A DNA stretch of 64,000 nt, taken from contig JALJEE010000556.1 in the NCBI GenBank assembly GCA_023231475.1, positions 1 to 64,000 of the forward strand. Reading direction: 5' to 3'. The position numbers and the translations under genes were made by a program. The notes beneath the pieces are model-generated. The model was not told the DNA's origin. It made no database searches and was given only the letters and a program-made list of their open reading frames with translations. Positions 61,201 through 64,000 of the stretch are shown here, in pieces; within the stretch, counting starts at the first letter, position 1, and the number at the start of each line of letters is the position of its first letter. Origin of the DNA: Seison nebaliae (lineage: Eukaryota).

Positions 61201-63521
61201 GAATGTAGAAAACATTATCATTTTCTTCATATCTCTTATCTATCTATTCGACTTATCCAACGTGCAGTCTTCACATTCATATAACTATTTCATTTATTTC
61301 TCATTTTACGTATATGAACATGCGGTGCATCGTTTGTACTAAATATTATTAGTCCATAGAACAGATTCGAGAGGATGGCATGCACTCTATTGAAACAATG
61401 AATATTCGTCGTACACCTCTTTTAATTCCGCTCTGTAATTCTGTATCATACATCGATAAAAATGGTGATTCTCCATCTTCTTCTACTGATGTCACTCCAA
61501 CTGGTGCATTAAGCAAGCAATCGTCATTATTCTTATCTCCATCTTCCCGCCCATTGTCATCATCATCATCATCATTTCCTTACGTGAAATATCAAAGAGC
61601 TCAAGACAATGTTTCATTGATTATCGAAGATTGCATGATTTCAACTTATTATCCAAATCATTCGGTTATGCAACAATTAAATGGAGAAGATTTAGATGAA
61701 TCCCAACAAAATAAGTTTCTTTTTCTCATCCAATTCCTCCCAACTAAATATCAACCAAATTTCTATTGTTCAAACTATTTATATGATTTCCTCTAAATGT
61801 TATCCTATTCCGCCATGCACTTCGTAATGTCGATTTGTTTCATTTCAAATGTACTCTCTCTATCCTTATTTATTCAAGACATAATTTCGTACGCAATTCC
61901 CTAAATGTAAGTTACATTTTATAGTTCCTTCCCGGATCGATAAAACGAATGTTGTGATAATTAGATAATTGTGATTAGTCTTTCTCCAATCTCAATTGAG
62001 AGATTATCAATTATTATTAAACATCTTGTCAACATCAACATCTATTATTGAATTGATTCCACTGATGAATAATAGTTCTGTGTAGTGTAATGCTCGAAAA
62101 TATTAATTTTTGCTATTGTGAATTTTCCTTTTAATTCTTTTGTGCATCATCCTTCTCGTAATGTGTCGTACACAAAGAAATTTTTGTAGAAGAAATTTAA
62201 CTAATTGAAATGTTGGGACAGATTCATCATGTAATTCAAATAACCTTTCCCTTCTTCCTTCATTTCATCTACTGGTTGAAATGGAACATTCACATTATTC
62301 GATGGAGTTAAATAATATAAAAATTATTGTCCTATAAAAATAGTTTTTCAATAGTTTCAATAGATTATTTATCAAACGATTTTCCAACTTTTCTCTTATT
62401 TTTTCATGTGAATTATTCATAAACTTATTCTTCTCCACATTGAGAAAATAAACGATTTGTGATATCAGACTTCGAAATTCCTTCTAAATTCTATTTGTTC
62501 CTTTTCCCTTTAAAACAAATATATTTCCCAGACGAAATATTCAAAGGAAATTCCATCCTACACCAATTTCCTAAAGAATGAAGCAAGTACCTCTCAATTG
62601 CGACGACCAATAATACATCTTCTCCCTGAAATTCCTGCCTACTCACAACATAAAGCACATGATTTGATTGCAATGAATAATCGGATACCTTCTCTTTCAA
62701 CTGTATCAATATTTACGACGGATTTAATGGCGACAAAATTGAATGAACAACCCCTCCTTTATTCAAATAGTTTGTATTGTTCCTCTTTTTTTTCGATTGA
62801 GCATTTGACGAATATTGCGGAAAGAAAGTGTCCCATTCTCATGAAATTGGACGTAATGCGACAGAGTGGGAGAATTGGTTAAAATAATTATTGAAATGTT
62901 TCAGGCAAATATTATACAATGAGAATGACATTTTTATGTTCCATATTATATTTCGTTCGAATGAACTGAAATTAATCTTATTATGATTAACTTTATCAAA
63001 GAAGTAAACTTATTTTATGTATTAGAAAGTAAAGAAAAAAGAAAAAAAAGTATTCTTCATAAAACGACATTTTCTCCTTCTCTATTACTCATTCTTTAAT
63101 GTTTCAATTAGGTTCGTTAAGAGAAGCACAAAATGACATAACTGGAATCGCATTAACTTTCTCCAGTATACTCATCATATCCATCGTCCTTCTAATACTA
63201 CTTCTCATTCTCATCTGCATCGGTATCGGTGTTTATCGATATCGTTATAATACCAATTCGGGTTCGTATACAATCGAGGATATTGATGATGTTGGACGAT
63301 GCAAATCTGGATTCATACCAACTGAAGCGGCAATGTTAGCACCAACCATATCGGAAATCAATGAACATGTTCTCATGAATAATCACAATATGAATAATGA
63401 TAACAACAACAACAACAATAATAATAATATTGTTCATTGTCATTCAAGTCAACAAGCTGAAGTGAAATTATTGGACAATCCTCATATTCCACTAGCCTTC
63501 CAACGGGAATTTTATGTATAA
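52215..63521 (+). CDS. Divergent alpha-neurexin (LNS/EGF repeats, stalk, TM, PDZ-binding tail)
   Basis: Signal peptide, laminin-G repeats (LNDNYWHKV, LNDGSEH, INDGIYHVV) and three EGF modules (e.g. CQNFGNCHIRWDGYFCDCTQTPFTGHTC). Exon at 60645 (LLNLAGANDE..YGDV) resembles the end of LNS6. Last exon has TM, YRYRYNTNSGSY and terminal REFYV. Stalk exons (60.7-63.1 kb) are unresolved. Confidence 0.85.
57259..58272 (-). CDS. Nested orphan gene: basic Cys/Ser/Thr-rich protein with 11-aa repeats
   Basis: 337-aa ORF inside neurexin intron 57097-60644; the repeats keep the frame open. Confidence 0.65.
   Translation of the reverse strand: MIKGISNHYCENYNPENNTHFFYNICDGQTSNCLFSGPKHTSNSRCDFQRTCRPKCTTSRTSCKLKRSNSRTCCKPKRSTSRVSCQLKRINSRTCCRLKHSNSQSSCRPECTNSRTSCQLKCTESRTICKSKCSDSQATSKPKCKDFRKIYKSQSSESSSNIEPKAIYSRTSVEPTPNYSSINHQPKPIHSPTNMKPKSIDSPLDNHPKAIYSPTNVQPIIINTPTKFKYQKFKESSATYSPTSKQSPTTYSPISNDSPTTDKLNRMGSPTISKTNCGESPTNSNPIAKNKRKPTKGIRKSGSRKGSSKVNVIFSSHVQVKSDCDEEFKEKIYPHSH
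57600..58125 (-). repeat. Degenerate 33-bp coding tandem repeat (~16 units)
   Basis: RTSCKLKRSNS / RTCCKPKRSTS / RVSCQLKRINS ... grading into PTNMKPKSIDS. Confidence 0.8.
58562..58747 (-). CDS. Nested 61-aa acidic microprotein
   Basis: ATG-TGA ORF, GC-richer than its flanks, with AATAAA about 40 nt downstream on the minus strand. Confidence 0.5.
   Translation of the reverse strand: MGEYEEFDEEIGGHNPKACPRVVRQDEERPKDLPPLFCTKFEMKTLPPIDAAYEEFEQIEV
58852..59973 (-). CDS. Nested orphan membrane protein with Cys-rich juxtamembrane segments (373 aa)
   Basis: Long ORF with hydrophobic segments at the N-terminus, around aa 95-120 and at the C-terminus; CRDCCCRRRRCC motif. Confidence 0.65.
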   Translation of the reverse strand: MHKIIIYFLNYSLGYFALIGFISSLYGYSYCLYNFILQVCSPRTECRDCCCRRRRCCSNEQSVRNTVPTPTNERCSESKGTSGKQPDCGPSLFSRIFCKIIAIIFCFIKTIKYVVFLVTCKFGRTLCNFCEEDGGEVVCTMGPSTIMHRSTKSGQNFEGSFNVNNIQANSHNGSSKGRLFHTDQTETANLYSQGDNTASIKDDKPTSIFEKSRSEKFYSDICPPKSPSVQPTIVTKKSSLINSNLRTSQHTSSNITPNTSQYKTSQDALVKKSMAKEDEEVGHLFPETFQTQNTDFGQNTIASHRSHITHSIAQKKASSENEVSASWLAPTLLAGNVEQSYTLVSRLMSYLNVLLTPVLYFTSCLICKKEKTD

Positions 63522-64000
63522 ACATTTCACGACTAATATTAAAAATGAAATAATATTATATTATTTCTCTTCAACTTCCATCAATCATTCAATTGATCTC
63601 ATCGAACAATAAATTTGACTTCTCGTTGGGGACAGATATCGAAAATGTTGACAATACAAAGATGGACAACAAAAAGAAGTTAACAAGAAATGAAGTGAAA
63701 TGAAAGATGAAGAAATTTGATGAAATTTTTTTTATTTAATAAATTGTATAAATAACTCTTTATAATAAGTGAATGAATGAAAGTGAAAAGAAGAAAACAA
63801 AATAGATGAATGTTGATAATTTTAAATCATTTTTTTTTGATTGTTATCGAATAGTCGATGGAGTAGAAGAATGAAGAAGAAATATTTGAAAAGATAAAAT
63901 TGGAGAAATAACAAAAAAAATTTTAATAAATTAAAAGTTTGTGATATTATATAAATATTTTCGTTCTTCAGTTACTACATCTTTGGGCGTTGTGGACGAT

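Overview
AT-rich, gene-dense animal nuclear DNA in the standard code, with mostly ~37-65 bp introns. The species cannot be identified from the sequence; a compact invertebrate genome is inferred. Recognisable genes are a polypeptide GalNAc-transferase, a transmembrane adenylate cyclase, alpha-amylase, RPS24, CDC40/PRP17, a USP20/33-like deubiquitinase, DNAJA3/Tid1, MELK, a greatly extended TOM22, a probable hidden MIC13/QIL1 and a divergent alpha-neurexin. One neurexin intron holds three opposite-strand orphan ORFs. Mobile DNA comprises an intact Ty3/Gypsy LTR retrotransposon (165/164-bp LTRs, single ORF starting inside the LTR, non-canonical zinc motifs), a decayed Chapaev3-type transposon with TIRs and a TTA target-site duplication, LINE and hAT fragments between two inverted tRNA-Glu genes, and a repeat-spacer array that is probably a transposon terminus. 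Window-wide oddities are that nearly all inferred splice donors are GTT/GTC rather than GTA/GTG, and that three genes are packed in an operon-like way. Exon models were made by hand and family calls come from motif recognition; no database searches were run.
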